64,000 nucleotides of DNA from an uncultured virus (IMG/VR IMGVR_UViG_3300020049_001346) (lineage: Duplodnaviria; Heunggongvirae; Uroviricota; Caudoviricetes), in IMG/VR virus record IMGVR_UViG_3300020049_001346. The stretch is one strand, 5' to 3'. The notes below the pieces were generated by a model. The model ran no database searches, had not been told where the DNA came from, and saw only the letters and a program-made list of their open reading frames with translations. Both the position numbers and the translations under genes were made by a program. Below, piece by piece: positions 32,685 through 42,308 of the stretch. How positions within the stretch are numbered: position 1 is the first letter of the stretch; each line of letters opens with the position of its first letter.

Positions 32685-34450
32685 AGATTTCCTGAAGTTA
32701 TGAAGTTATTTGGAGCTATCATTCTCTTTAGTGTAAAACTTAACTTAGGAAACATAGTTAAGGCTGAGTTGTTATATAGTGTTACCCCAACTGCTGGAGT
32801 TACTGTCAATAGCGTTGAGTCCATTGTCACAAACGTGCACTCAAACCCATCTGGCAATAACAAAGGAACTGTTAGCACTAAAGGAGTTGCTGGCACTGGA
32901 GCTGTAAATATAATTACCCTTCCGTTATCAGCTGAAGTTAATGTGTAGTCACCTGTTTTTTCTAATACACTGTATATTAATGGGACATCTCCTGGTCCAC
33001 CAAGTAAAGACAAACCTCCAACTGTTTTAATGTTTACATTAGATACAAGTGCGTCTTGTTTATTATTAAACGTTGTCCAATTTGCAGCTGTTAGTACACC
33101 CCTGTTTGTAGCAGAAGCGTTTGGCACGTTCAAGGTAATAACTGGTGTTGATGTTGAATTCGCTACCGTGCTTGATAGGTCAGTTTGACTTACAGATGTG
33201 AGTGTTATAGCTGCAACTGATGTAACAGTACCTATTCCACCACTTCCTCCAGATGTTATCGGAATGTTTAGTGTATTACCTATAAGTGTAGCTGCTCCAG
33301 TTCCAGTTGTTGTAAGTGATATCTTTCCTTGCGTGATTGCGGTGTCTATTGCAATAACATTTGGTGATGATGTAAGTAACCCAAATCCAGGCGTAACAGC
33401 CTGTGCTACGTTGTACTGTACAAATGTAATTGGCGTAGTACCAACTACTACTGTTCCTACAGTGTTACAGATGAATCCCTTTCCTCCATTTGTATCTCCT
33501 GACAGTATAAGTGTGTAGTCACCATAACGAATCTCTCCTGACGGTGTGTTGTCTGAGTCTTCAGATCTAATTAACCTGTAAGGTGTCACAGAGTCTCCTA
33601 CAACGTCTACCTTGTATACACCGTTTTGAATCGCACTTGTCTGTTGCCAAACCAATACCCTGTCTAAGTATAAAGGAAACTCACCGTCTACCTGTAGCGC
33701 ACCGTTTGTTGTTGCCGTCAATGTGGCTCCAACTCCTGCCGTTCCGTTGCTATAGTTAGCTGTTAGGTTCCCTGTTGTGGCTGTGTACACAGGAGAGTTA
33801 AAGTTAACATTTCCTGATATATTATCTACGTACTGCTTTGTTGCAGCGCCTAAAGCGGCTCCTGGATCTCCACTAAGAACCAGTAGTCCTGACATTGTGT
33901 CTCCAGCTCTATTAACTGGTACATAACCTAATTCTGCTTGCTTAGAGTTAAAATTAATCCAGTCCGTATTACTTAATAGACCCCTGTTTGAAACAGAGGC
34001 ACTAGGTATATTAAACGTATGAGCTGTTCCTACTGAACTTATATTGAAGTTTGTTCCTGTAGTTCCTACCTCTAAAGATTGTGCGGCTGCACTTAGGTTG
34101 TTTATAGACGTTATTCCGCCTCCGCCTCCGCCACCTGTTGAAGATATAAATCCTCCAGATATTGTTATGTTGTCTCCTGCTAGTATAACAGATCCATCAG
34201 CTGCTAGTATCTTAGAGCTAGTACCCCCTGGTATTTTAAATTTATTTGCAGTTATGTCTGTAATAGTTTCATTTCCTGCAATTGTAACCTGTTGAAGCGT
34301 TGGAGTTATTCCAGCAGCAGCACTAACTAAGTCAACTATACTCTGTATACTAAAATTCTTAGTTGCGTTACTGTTCTCAACATCTGTTCCAATTAATAAA
34401 TCTTCAACATCTGGTAATGCTATCTCTTGATACTGGCTAATTTTTGTCAT
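32681..34450 (-). CDS. Tail fibre protein
   Basis: GDTMSGLL.L..DP...AATKQYVD and RVLVWQQT..QNGVY fibre motifs. Confidence 0.7.
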   Translation of the reverse strand: MTKISQYQEIALPDVEDLLIGTDVENSNATKNFSIQSIVDLVSAAAGITPTLQQVTIAGNETITDITANKFKIPGGTSSKILAADGSVILAGDNITISGGFISSTGGGGGGGITSINNLSAAAQSLEVGTTGTNFNISSVGTAHTFNIPSASVSNRGLLSNTDWINFNSKQAELGYVPVNRAGDTMSGLLVLSGDPGAALGAATKQYVDNISGNVNFNSPVYTATTGNLTANYSNGTAGVGATLTATTNGALQVDGEFPLYLDRVLVWQQTSAIQNGVYKVDVVGDSVTPYRLIRSEDSDNTPSGEIRYGDYTLILSGDTNGGKGFICNTVGTVVVGTTPITFVQYNVAQAVTPGFGLLTSSPNVIAIDTAITQGKISLTTTGTGAATLIGNTLNIPITSGGSGGIGTVTSVAAITLTSVSQTDLSSTVANSTSTPVITLNVPNASATNRGVLTAANWTTFNNKQDALVSNVNIKTVGGLSLLGGPGDVPLIYSVLEKTGDYTLTSADNGRVIIFTAPVPATPLVLTVPLLLPDGFECTFVTMDSTLLTVTPAVGVTLYNNSALTMFPKLSFTLKRMIAPNNFITSGNL

Positions 34451-34685
34451 CTGTGATCTCTCCTGTTTGTAGGTTTATGTTTACGTTTCCGTAAACTTCT
34501 AATAGTTTCTTTTCTTGTTCCTTGAAGTCAATAGATACTGTCTCTAGTTTAGAGAACACGTCATCTTTAAACACGTTAAGTTTCTTGATTTCAAACTCAG
34601 CGTCTGCGATCTTTCCTTTTAACGTATTAAACTCTGAGTTTACTCTTCTTAAGTCTTCTAATTCTTGTTCTGTTATTGTTTTCAT
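34437..34685 (-). CDS. Small coiled-coil protein (possible fibre chaperone)
   Basis: 82 aa ending YGNVNINLQTGEI; -7 box TATCTTTG at 34704-34711. Confidence 0.55.
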   Translation of the reverse strand: MKTITEQELEDLRRVNSEFNTLKGKIADAEFEIKKLNVFKDDVFSKLETVSIDFKEQEKKLLEVYGNVNINLQTGEITDDKN

Positions 34686-34700
34686 TTGATTTAATTTTTT

Positions 34701-35039
34701 TTACAAAGATAGTGATTTATTTATGCTTTTAAAACAATGATCCTTATCTATCTTATCTAGTATCCAAACGATAACCTTACCAAATCTTGTAAGCGTGCCT
34801 GTCAATTGATTCTTTCCAAGAACACTAGATATAGTCTCTCCAATGTCACCGAACCTGTACCCTTTATTACTTATAAGCACTTTATTAAATAGGGTCCTGA
34901 ACTCTCTATTACCGAACTTGTCTATATTAACTGCTGAACTTTTGAAATAACCCCATTTATCTTTTACAAAGAACCAATTAATTAAACTTAAGGGTAAAAA
35001 CAATATGTATGCTATTGCAAATAATAATATATTTATCAT
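34701..35039 (-). CDS. Hypothetical membrane protein
   Basis: Hydrophobic N-terminus; ETISSVLG and LDKIDKDHC motifs. Confidence 0.6.
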   Translation of the reverse strand: MINILLFAIAYILFLPLSLINWFFVKDKWGYFKSSAVNIDKFGNREFRTLFNKVLISNKGYRFGDIGETISSVLGKNQLTGTLTRFGKVIVWILDKIDKDHCFKSINKSLSL

Positions 35040-35461
35040 AATAATATTGCTTCTGCTTGTATAAATAAATCGTCTACCTGTTCGTCAGTCATTTGTAAGG
35101 CGAACTGTAGCAATAGAACTGTCTGACTTGATCTCTCTACTGTTGTTCCGTAATTCCAAATGTAATTTGCTGCTGTCTTTGAAGGCTCAGGTAATGTTTC
35201 TAGTGTTTGTTCTATTGAAGTTTCTAGTTGCATTAGTTTTAATACAGTTCTAATTCTCCATAACTGTACCTCATCTGGAACGGTTAAGACTGGTATATTT
35301 ACATACTGTATATACGTGGGAATTTCATCTTCTGAAATTTCAAATGCATTCGGGAATTTAGTAAATATTGGATGGTTTTCTAACTCTCCTACATAGTTAT
35401 CTAAATTTACTATGGTGTAGCTATCTGTTCCTACTGAATTAATTTGTCTTATATGTCTCAT
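35036..35461 (-). CDS. Tail-fibre-associated protein
   Basis: C-terminal W.Y..TVER..LQMTDEQVDDLFIQA; directly after the fibre gene. Confidence 0.55.
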   Translation of the reverse strand: MRHIRQINSVGTDSYTIVNLDNYVGELENHPIFTKFPNAFEISEDEIPTYIQYVNIPVLTVPDEVQLWRIRTVLKLMQLETSIEQTLETLPEPSKTAANYIWNYGTTVERSSQTVLLLQFALQMTDEQVDDLFIQAEAILL

Positions 35462-38400
35462 TATGTGAAGTATTGTAAAGTTAATGATATTACTCTTGAT
35501 GATACTGCCGTTGTATGTGTTATTACAAACTCATATCCAGTATTTGCAGTATTTCTCCTTAAAAGACAACTTCTAGTAAGAGCTGAAACCGTAGTTGTTG
35601 TCGTGTTAAACATACCCACGCCATAATATAAAATATCTAAAGCACCTGATAATCCTGTTGGAGCTAATGGGGTTGGCATATCAGCAGGCAATGGAATAAC
35701 AACTTGTGAAATACTTCCAGCAGTAGTATAAATTAAATTTACTCTACCAGTTACTAAAGTCCCTACTTGATTCCATTTATATGTACTTGATGAAATAATT
35801 GTTGGTGCAGTTCCAGTAAAAGTAGGAGACAAGCTATAAGTTTGTTCTGCCACATCAAGTCCACTTGCTTTACCGTTTAATTGTGTTTGAACAGAACTTG
35901 TAATGCCTTTAACATATTGCATTTCTTGTGCAGTTGGATATAAAGTAGTTGAACCTACTATTAAACCACCTTGTGAATCACCTAAAACAATACAACGAAC
36001 ACTTATTGGGTTTGCAGGAACAGGAGCAGGTATTGAAATACTATCTATAAATGTTTTTCCACCACCAATATATTGACTTGTATTTGTTATTAAACCATAA
36101 TCTGTAGTAGGACCAGCATTTGGTAATTTTAATTGATGATTTATACCAGTTGAAGAAAAACTCGGTGAACCTATAAAATTAGTAAATACACTAAAAGTTT
36201 GTGTTGCACCTGTTAATCCATTTAATGAAGATATACCTGTACCTGATATTGTTAAATCCCCACTTCCTAAAATACTATTTCCGTTAATAGATTTAATGTT
36301 TACAGTATTTTGTAACGTATCTTGTTTTGATGCAGCTAATCCGCTATATTGAGTATTGGTTGCATTATCTCCTGTATTAGTTCCACTTGTATTACCAATA
36401 ACAACTAAATTAGCATCAGTAACATATCTCTTATTAGTTGAATCAGCTATGTCAGCAGTAGTAGCGTCTGCACCTGCAGTAACTAATCCCTTTGAATCGT
36501 AAGTAATCTTTGTTTTTGTTGCCCCTGTTATTGCTGTATTTTCATCTACTTTACCATCTAATTGTGTTTGAACAGAACCTCCTGAAACTCCTTTTAATAG
36601 CGCTAATTCAGTAAGACTTGGGTAGGTTGCGGTAGATAAACTAACCACGTTTTTACTAGCGTCAAATGAAGCAATAGTATTTATAGTTTGTCCTGAAGCG
36701 TTTAGTCCTGTACCCGCAAAAGTTCCATCAGCTTTAACTGTTGCTTTTATATCAAAACCTGTTTGAAATTGAGCAATATTAGCGTTATTAGTTGTCGCAA
36801 AGACACCTCCCATTCCGTTTACTGAAACACTTACTACACCGTTGCCATTTGTACTTTCTGCGGAAAGACCCTCAGAGTTTGTAGATATAGCACTTATAGC
36901 ATAATCATTTTCTGAAGTAGCGTAAATAGTATCTGTAAAAGTTTTACTTCCAGCAAATGTTTGAGTTGTTGTAGAAACTAATCCCTTCTGAGTTGCACTT
37001 GCATCTGGAACTAAGTTCTCAACAAGAGAGTGTTCCCATAGCGAAGCAGGATCATTCCAATACAGTACCTCATTATTTAACGCATCAACATTCTCAACAT
37101 CAGCTAAATCTCTTAAATATATATTTGGCATTACAGATGTAGGAATAGCTGCTGAACTTCTAACAGGAGATGTGCCTCCAAATTGGAATTGATAAGTAGG
37201 GTCTGAACCAACAGGAGATGTAAGTCTATTTGCGTAATACTTTAAAACAACTCTATCTGTATCTAAAAATATTCCATCATTCCACAAAGCAGTTGCAGAA
37301 AATTCAACATAACCACCATTTGTTACAGGTAGTGTATAATCTGATTGTGCTATTAATGTTTCTGTTCCTGCTAAATTTCTTTTATAAATTCTAAAGAAAA
37401 ACTCTGCTTGACCCGTTCCACTTGTTCTGCTTATGTTTCCAATAGTTTTAAAATCAAATACTCCAGGATTTCCTGATATAATATTTGCATCTGTAACTAA
37501 TGAACCTACTAATTGTCCAATTGATGTTATAACTCCTGTTGATACATCTATTGCTGTTGTGTTATATCTTGTGTCTGAAATATTCCTAACAAGAACAGTA
37601 TATCCACTTATATCTGAAGCGGTTGTTGTTGCGTATAAATCTAATGTGGATGGTAAATCAGCAGAAGTTAAGTAAATATTATTATCAACTGAACCATCTG
37701 CTTTTAAGAATTGATAATCAAATCCTCCTTGTTTTATTAACTTTGTCGCTGTTAACTCTCCTGCTTGGTTTACTACTAATTTATTAACTGAATTTTTAGC
37801 TAACTCAATAAAATTACCTGTTGATGAAGTTCCGCTGTTTACAACTAAACCCTTATTTAAATTACCTAAAATAACGTCAATAGCTATTGTGCCATTACCA
37901 TTTACTTCAATTCCTTTCCCTGAAGTTGAATAAGCATATAATGCAGTACCATCGCTTTCTGAAACAGCAGATACTCCAATTCCTGTACCAGTTTGTGCAA
38001 TTACACCAACCCCAGTAGAACTGTTTCCATCTACGCCTATACTTGTTCCAACCCCTTTTACACCTGTTAAACCTTCTCCTATTACACCTTCGCTTCCAGA
38101 AAATCCATAAACACCAGCCCCTGAAGCTGAAGTTCCATAAACTCCAAAAAATTCACTTGATTCTCCTCTAACACCAATTCCTTGAGATGAATATGAAGTA
38201 ATACCATTTGCTCCTCCATCTCCAACAGTAATAGTTATTTCATTAGTAGTAGTAGCACCTATATCTGTAACCGATTGTAAGTCTTGGTCTCCAGTATTTG
38301 TTCCTGTTATTGCAGCAAGTTTAGTCTTTTCAGCAGTTGTATAGTCATTTAAAGTAGCACCTGCTAGAGTACCATTTCCTAAAGGGACAATCGCATCTGT

Positions 38401-39129
38401 ACCAGTATCAGAATTAATTGTAAAGTTACTTGCGGTCTGAGATGTTGTTAAATTTGTGTTCCCCCCAATAGAAGATAAGGAAACAGTGTTCCCATTATCT
38501 AATAATATATTAGTTCCTGTTCCGCCTTGTTTTATAAATGACGCAGCAGTTATAGGATTAGTAGTAGTCGATCCTTCATTTGTAACCTGCTGCAGGTTCT
38601 GAGATCCTCCACCTCCGCTACTTATATCTATAAGTGATATCATGTAGTCCTCGTCCTCTTCTATAAATCCGTTACCCTCTATAAACTCTACGTTTACAAC
38701 AAGGAAGTTAGGCTCTGGTAGATACTCTTCTACAGAAACTATCTTGTAGTTTCCAAACAGGTTTATATTCTTAGCCTTGTAAAGCAAAACCTTAGTTCCA
38801 ACTAAGAAGTTAAGAAACTCAACTACGTCATTTCCCTTTAGAGTTGTCTTACTTAATAGGAATGTACTTATTGCAGAAAAATTAACCGTCTGTCCTATCT
38901 CTGTCTCAAATGACAGTGTTCCAGTAGGCCTTGTCTCTGGAGGAGTTATTGTGAAGTACTTGTACAGTAGATCTACCCCAGTGTTTATTACCTGGTTGTT
39001 GTTAAAGTAATGAGACAGCTTCCTTGGAGTAAAGTTCTTTGTTTTATTATACGTGTTTACGTCCGTTCCTATCCACTTGTCGTCTGCCGTTACGTACTCA
39101 TCTATATTGTAAACACTTATTTTTGTCAT
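35461..39129 (-). CDS. Long tail fibre/spike protein
   Basis: 1222 aa, Gly/Thr/Ser-rich, with GVxGxS beta-helix-like repeats and KITYDSKGLVTAG fibre motif. Confidence 0.75.
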   Translation of the reverse strand: MTKISVYNIDEYVTADDKWIGTDVNTYNKTKNFTPRKLSHYFNNNQVINTGVDLLYKYFTITPPETRPTGTLSFETEIGQTVNFSAISTFLLSKTTLKGNDVVEFLNFLVGTKVLLYKAKNINLFGNYKIVSVEEYLPEPNFLVVNVEFIEGNGFIEEDEDYMISLIDISSGGGGSQNLQQVTNEGSTTTNPITAASFIKQGGTGTNILLDNGNTVSLSSIGGNTNLTTSQTASNFTINSDTGTDAIVPLGNGTLAGATLNDYTTAEKTKLAAITGTNTGDQDLQSVTDIGATTTNEITITVGDGGANGITSYSSQGIGVRGESSEFFGVYGTSASGAGVYGFSGSEGVIGEGLTGVKGVGTSIGVDGNSSTGVGVIAQTGTGIGVSAVSESDGTALYAYSTSGKGIEVNGNGTIAIDVILGNLNKGLVVNSGTSSTGNFIELAKNSVNKLVVNQAGELTATKLIKQGGFDYQFLKADGSVDNNIYLTSADLPSTLDLYATTTASDISGYTVLVRNISDTRYNTTAIDVSTGVITSIGQLVGSLVTDANIISGNPGVFDFKTIGNISRTSGTGQAEFFFRIYKRNLAGTETLIAQSDYTLPVTNGGYVEFSATALWNDGIFLDTDRVVLKYYANRLTSPVGSDPTYQFQFGGTSPVRSSAAIPTSVMPNIYLRDLADVENVDALNNEVLYWNDPASLWEHSLVENLVPDASATQKGLVSTTTQTFAGSKTFTDTIYATSENDYAISAISTNSEGLSAESTNGNGVVSVSVNGMGGVFATTNNANIAQFQTGFDIKATVKADGTFAGTGLNASGQTINTIASFDASKNVVSLSTATYPSLTELALLKGVSGGSVQTQLDGKVDENTAITGATKTKITYDSKGLVTAGADATTADIADSTNKRYVTDANLVVIGNTSGTNTGDNATNTQYSGLAASKQDTLQNTVNIKSINGNSILGSGDLTISGTGISSLNGLTGATQTFSVFTNFIGSPSFSSTGINHQLKLPNAGPTTDYGLITNTSQYIGGGKTFIDSISIPAPVPANPISVRCIVLGDSQGGLIVGSTTLYPTAQEMQYVKGITSSVQTQLNGKASGLDVAEQTYSLSPTFTGTAPTIISSSTYKWNQVGTLVTGRVNLIYTTAGSISQVVIPLPADMPTPLAPTGLSGALDILYYGVGMFNTTTTTVSALTRSCLLRRNTANTGYEFVITHTTAVSSRVISLTLQYFT

Positions 39130-39260
39130 CTTCCTTGTCCTTTATAAGATTTTTTATAGTTTTTACTAGATTTTAATTTAGACGATGAATTTTTAGAATG
39201 AATCCCTGGTCTATTTATATCCTTCTTAACAGACTTAATAGATACTGTTTGTTTAGCCAT
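39126..39260 (-). CDS. Small Lys-rich protein (44 aa, absent from ORF track)
   Basis: MAKQTVSIKSVKKDINRPGIHSKNSSSKLKSSKNYKKSYKGQGR; stop overlaps the fibre ATG (ATGA). Confidence 0.6.
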   Translation of the reverse strand: MAKQTVSIKSVKKDINRPGIHSKNSSSKLKSSKNYKKSYKGQGR

Positions 39261-39703
39261 ACTACTATTATAAATGATATTATTATTATCCAAATAAAAC
39301 TGAAAGATTTCCTCTCAACTTCTTTCTTTTTTATTTTTTCAACAACTTTTGTTGATTGTTGTTTTTCTTCGATCTTAGACGCTATCTTTTTCTCGGTATA
39401 TATAGACCTGTCTTTTGTCTTTTTATATGTTAAAACTACGTTCTTGTAAACCTTACCGTCTATTACTATGTCCTTGCACGTGTCTAATGGAGTTATTGTA
39501 AGCTCATCGGTTATGATATCGTTTTTAGTCTCTACATTAGAGACTATATCTGTCGCAATTTTAGTCGATATATGCGACACAGAATCCTTCCTAACCTCAT
39601 CTATCACTACCTTCCTTGAAGAACACGATGCTAGCAGCACTGCCAATGTTGATAACAACACGCATATCCAGAAGTATATGTAGTTCCTGTTATGACTTGT
39701 CAT
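39215..39703 (-). CDS. Putative spanin-like lipoprotein
   Basis: Lipobox-like LLASC after a hydrophobic segment, plus C-terminal TM helix (u-spanin-like layout); lies in the lysis cassette. Confidence 0.55.
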   Translation of the reverse strand: MTSHNRNYIYFWICVLLSTLAVLLASCSSRKVVIDEVRKDSVSHISTKIATDIVSNVETKNDIITDELTITPLDTCKDIVIDGKVYKNVVLTYKKTKDRSIYTEKKIASKIEEKQQSTKVVEKIKKKEVERKSFSFIWIIIISFIIVVWLNKQYLLSLLRRI

Positions 39704-40083
39704 GATATTGTTATGGTTATATTCTTAGCACCTTGCATCTTTTTAAACAAAGAGTCGAACGCCTTCCTTGACTTTGTGATGTAGTCAACTGATCTATTCA
39801 TTCCAACAAGTATACAACCCTCTGTGTCGTGATTCGAGTTACCAGGGTGTATACGCACACCCTCAAAGTTTGGAACACTTATAAGTAGCGGAAGCAGTCT
39901 CTTGAACCTATTGGACTGGTTAATTATAACCTTGTACGTCCCCTTAGCTATTGCTGTCTCTCCCTTTATCTTTACATCTCTCTCAACATCCTCCAGTGTG
40001 TAGCACTCAAACTTTCCATCAATGGTTAGCTCACCTATCGTCGAGTTGCTCGTCCTGTGCAGTCTCTTTACCTCTATTTTCAT
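39700..40083 (-). CDS. DUF5675-family protein, probable endolysin
   Basis: TIGEL..CYTLE..I..GTY..IHPGN...TEGCILVG; located between holin-like genes and the spanin-like gene. Confidence 0.7.
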   Translation of the reverse strand: MKIEVKRLHRTSNSTIGELTIDGKFECYTLEDVERDVKIKGETAIAKGTYKVIINQSNRFKRLLPLLISVPNFEGVRIHPGNSNHDTEGCILVGMNRSVDYITKSRKAFDSLFKKMQGAKNITITIS

Positions 40084-40225
40084 TTCTCTTAAATGTTTCG
40101 TAAATTTTAACTGATGTATATACTATAGATAGAATAAGTAGCAGTATCTTTAGTGCATTCTCAATGTTTGTAAATGTCATAAAGAATGTTAACGAGTTTA
40201 TTATGTATAACTTAGTTGACTCCAT
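40031..40225 (-). CDS. Putative holin
   Basis: Small protein with hydrophobic segments and a charged C-terminus. Confidence 0.5.
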   Translation of the reverse strand: MESTKLYIINSLTFFMTFTNIENALKILLLILSIVYTSVKIYETFKRNENRGKETAQDEQLDDR

Positions 40226-40407
40226 TAGCTCTTTATTAACTTTACTATATCAGTAAATCCTTGAATGCTAACATATGCCGTAGCTATAACAACCCAGTCT
40301 TGTGACGTTAAGTCACCTGTGAATAATGCTGTACAAGCAACTGCAAAAACTAGTAGTTTTCTGCTTATAAACTTGTTAAGAATTATATCTATCTGCTCCC
40401 TGCTCAT
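40225..40407 (-). CDS. Putative holin-like membrane protein
   Basis: ISRKLLVF..DWVVIATAYVSIQG, two predicted TM segments; ATG at 40407. Confidence 0.5.
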   Translation of the reverse strand: MSREQIDIILNKFISRKLLVFAVACTALFTGDLTSQDWVVIATAYVSIQGFTDIVKLIKS

Positions 40408-40408
40408 C

Positions 40409-40675
40409 TTACCACAGTGCAACCATACCAGTTGCGCTTGTTGTTGATGAGAATACTCTAACTATCTGTAACGGTAGAACAACTCCTGCTGGAACTGAGT
40501 TCAGTGTTACGTCGTCTCCCCCTGCCGTAAGAACTCGTATAATTCCTCCAGACCCAGTGTATAGTACGCAAGGTTCTGTTGATAATCCATCAGCAGCACT
40601 TGGAGATGCTATGTTTACTGTGTCAGACTTTACTACATCTTTAGCTCTAGTCTGTTGTAATTTTTGATATGCCAT
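40409..40675 (-). CDS. Head spike base-like protein (RcGTA Rcc01079-like family)
   Basis: LYTGSGG.IRV.T.GGD.VTL..VPAG.VLP.QI.RV..T.T.AT.MVALW pattern. Confidence 0.55.
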   Translation of the reverse strand: MAYQKLQQTRAKDVVKSDTVNIASPSAADGLSTEPCVLYTGSGGIIRVLTAGGDDVTLNSVPAGVVLPLQIVRVFSSTTSATGMVALW

Positions 40676-40833
40676 TACTTTAATATTTTGTTAATTAGTA
40701 GATCTGGGTTATTCAGTGTCTGCTTTCTCTTTGAGCATCCACAGTCCTTATTCGCTGCCTTTGCAACCTTATCAACAACTGTTTTAATTCCAGTTGCTGT
40801 TGTTATCTGTTCTATTCTGTCTCCTAGTAGCAT
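40675..40833 (-). CDS. Small protein with CGC motif (52 aa, absent from ORF track)
   Basis: MLLGDRIEQITTATGIKTVVDK..KDCGCSKRKQTLN; coupled to neighbours. Confidence 0.6.
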   Translation of the reverse strand: MLLGDRIEQITTATGIKTVVDKVAKAANKDCGCSKRKQTLNNPDLLINKILK

Positions 40834-40834
40834 A

Positions 40835-41299
40835 CTAACAAGTTTTACATAGTTTTACACCTTTTTTTTCTTTAAAACGTCCACCACCCTTCCATTCTCT
40901 TTCAGTCTTAGTAGTCTCAGCGTTTTTATATCTATCCTCCCATTTTTTTCCAGGATGATCCTTTTCCCAAGTTGACTTATCGCTCTCAAACCTTTCCTTT
41001 CTTGTCTTTACTGGAACCTTAATGTCTGTAGTAGCGGTTATGTCTTCAGATTTCATTCCAGCTGCTTTTACATTAGGAAATGTAGTTATCTCTCTCTCTC
41101 CAGATGTTTTTTGCGCAGGAGCAGATCTCTTAGCTACATAACTATTAGGTTTTGCTGCAGGTTTTGCTGATGATGACCTTCCAGGGGTTTTTGAAGACCA
41201 GCTAGTCTTGTATGTAGTTGTACCCTCTGGATTCTGTACTGTAGTTCTTTTAACTTCTATATCCTTGTTAAATGTAGGTAATCCTCTCTTGTATGCCAT
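40835..41299 (-). CDS. Basic hypothetical protein
   Basis: Likely start MAYKRG at 41299. Confidence 0.55.
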   Translation of the reverse strand: MAYKRGLPTFNKDIEVKRTTVQNPEGTTTYKTSWSSKTPGRSSSAKPAAKPNSYVAKRSAPAQKTSGEREITTFPNVKAAGMKSEDITATTDIKVPVKTRKERFESDKSTWEKDHPGKKWEDRYKNAETTKTEREWKGGGRFKEKKGVKLCKTC

Positions 41300-41306
41300 G
41301 ATATAT

Positions 41307-41579
41307 TTATTTTTTAGTTCCTCTTGCTCTCTTGTCTCCAGGCATAGCGCTCTTTGATCCTCGGTTCGACGACGCACTCTTCATAACTATACCACCCTTA
41401 GTGTGGCTAGCGTCTAGTCCGTCTCCGTTACCATAGGTCCCACGCTTCCTGTTCACAGCGTTAAGTTCGACACGCTTTCTTACCTGATCTGGAGACTTGT
41501 TGTACTCCTTCTGGTAGTCGTTGTGCCTCTTCTTAGCCTCTGGGTTAGCTGCGTAGTATTTGGCGGTTCTTCCTGGCAT
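41307..41579 (-). CDS. Small basic protein with degenerate HNH-like motif
   Basis: GDGLDASH..SSNRG. Confidence 0.5.
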   Translation of the reverse strand: MPGRTAKYYAANPEAKKRHNDYQKEYNKSPDQVRKRVELNAVNRKRGTYGNGDGLDASHTKGGIVMKSASSNRGSKSAMPGDKRARGTKK

Positions 41580-41817
41580 TACTTCTTCTTGTTCGCGATC
41601 ATCTTCATGAAGTCAAACTTCTCTTTCTTCTGAACTGGTTTTACTTCCTTTTTAGTCATCTTAGACGAACACTTTGCTGCTACTTTTTTCATTTTTTCTT
41701 TGTTTTACCAGCCTTAGATAAGGCGATTGCTATTGCTTGTTTTTGTGGACGTCCACTCTTAATCTCTGTTCTTATGTTAGAAGATATTATCTTCTGACTA
41801 CTTCCCTTTTTTAACAT
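41579..41817 (-). CDS. Two small Lys-rich ORFs (41689-41817, 42 aa; 41579-41692, 37 aa)
   Basis: [42 protein letters not shown] and [18 protein letters not shown], with coupled start/stop overlaps. Confidence 0.6.
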
Positions 41818-42007
41818 TTCCTTTTAGGTATGACATCTTCCCGTTCAACGACTTCGCTGACTCGTACTGACTTGCTTTCTTCTTGATCTTCTTCTCTTGC
41901 TCTAACATCTGCTTGGTAGGCTTCTTTCTAGATCCTTCGTTTGCTCTGATGTTGTCCCATAGCCCTCTCTTGGAGGTGCTCCCGTCTTTTCTCTTTAACA
42001 GTTCCAT
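41798..42007 (-). CDS. Small basic protein
   Basis: [14 protein letters not shown] motif. Confidence 0.55.
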   Translation of the reverse strand: MELLKRKDGSTSKRGLWDNIRANEGSRKKPTKQMLEQEKKIKKKASQYESAKSLNGKMSYLKGNVKKGK

Positions 42008-42270
42008 TTGTCTAGTGCTAGTTTCTTTCTTGTTGGCTCCCCGTTTGGTTTCTTCATCGGTCCTGGCATCCCTGACATGCGTGCACAGAATGACTTTCGT
42101 CTCATGGCATCCTTGCTACCAGCCTTTAACTCTGATGGCTTCTTTGTTACTGCCATCTTCAGCTTACTTCCTGGGTTCTCCTTCCTGTAGGAGGCGACAC
42201 CATTCTCGTTAAGCCCACCAGATGCTGACTTTCCTTCCTTGCGTGTCCAAGCAGCTGTTTTTGCCATCAT
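41995..42270 (-). CDS. DUF6321-like basic protein
   Basis: AWTRKEGK..GGLN..G..RRKSFCARM.G..LAL.KW.C; start at 42270 or 42267. Confidence 0.6.
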   Translation of the reverse strand: MMAKTAAWTRKEGKSASGGLNENGVASYRKENPGSKLKMAVTKKPSELKAGSKDAMRRKSFCARMSGMPGPMKKPNGEPTRKKLALDKWNC

Positions 42271-42277
42271 AAATGTT

Positions 42278-42295
42278 TTATCTTTGCAAAGATAA
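42278..42295. promoter_or_regulatory. Palindromic bidirectional promoter core
   Basis: TTATCTTTGCAAAGATAA contains TATCTTTG on both strands, between divergent genes. Confidence 0.7.
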
Positions 42296-42308
42296 TAATA
42301 TAAATCAA

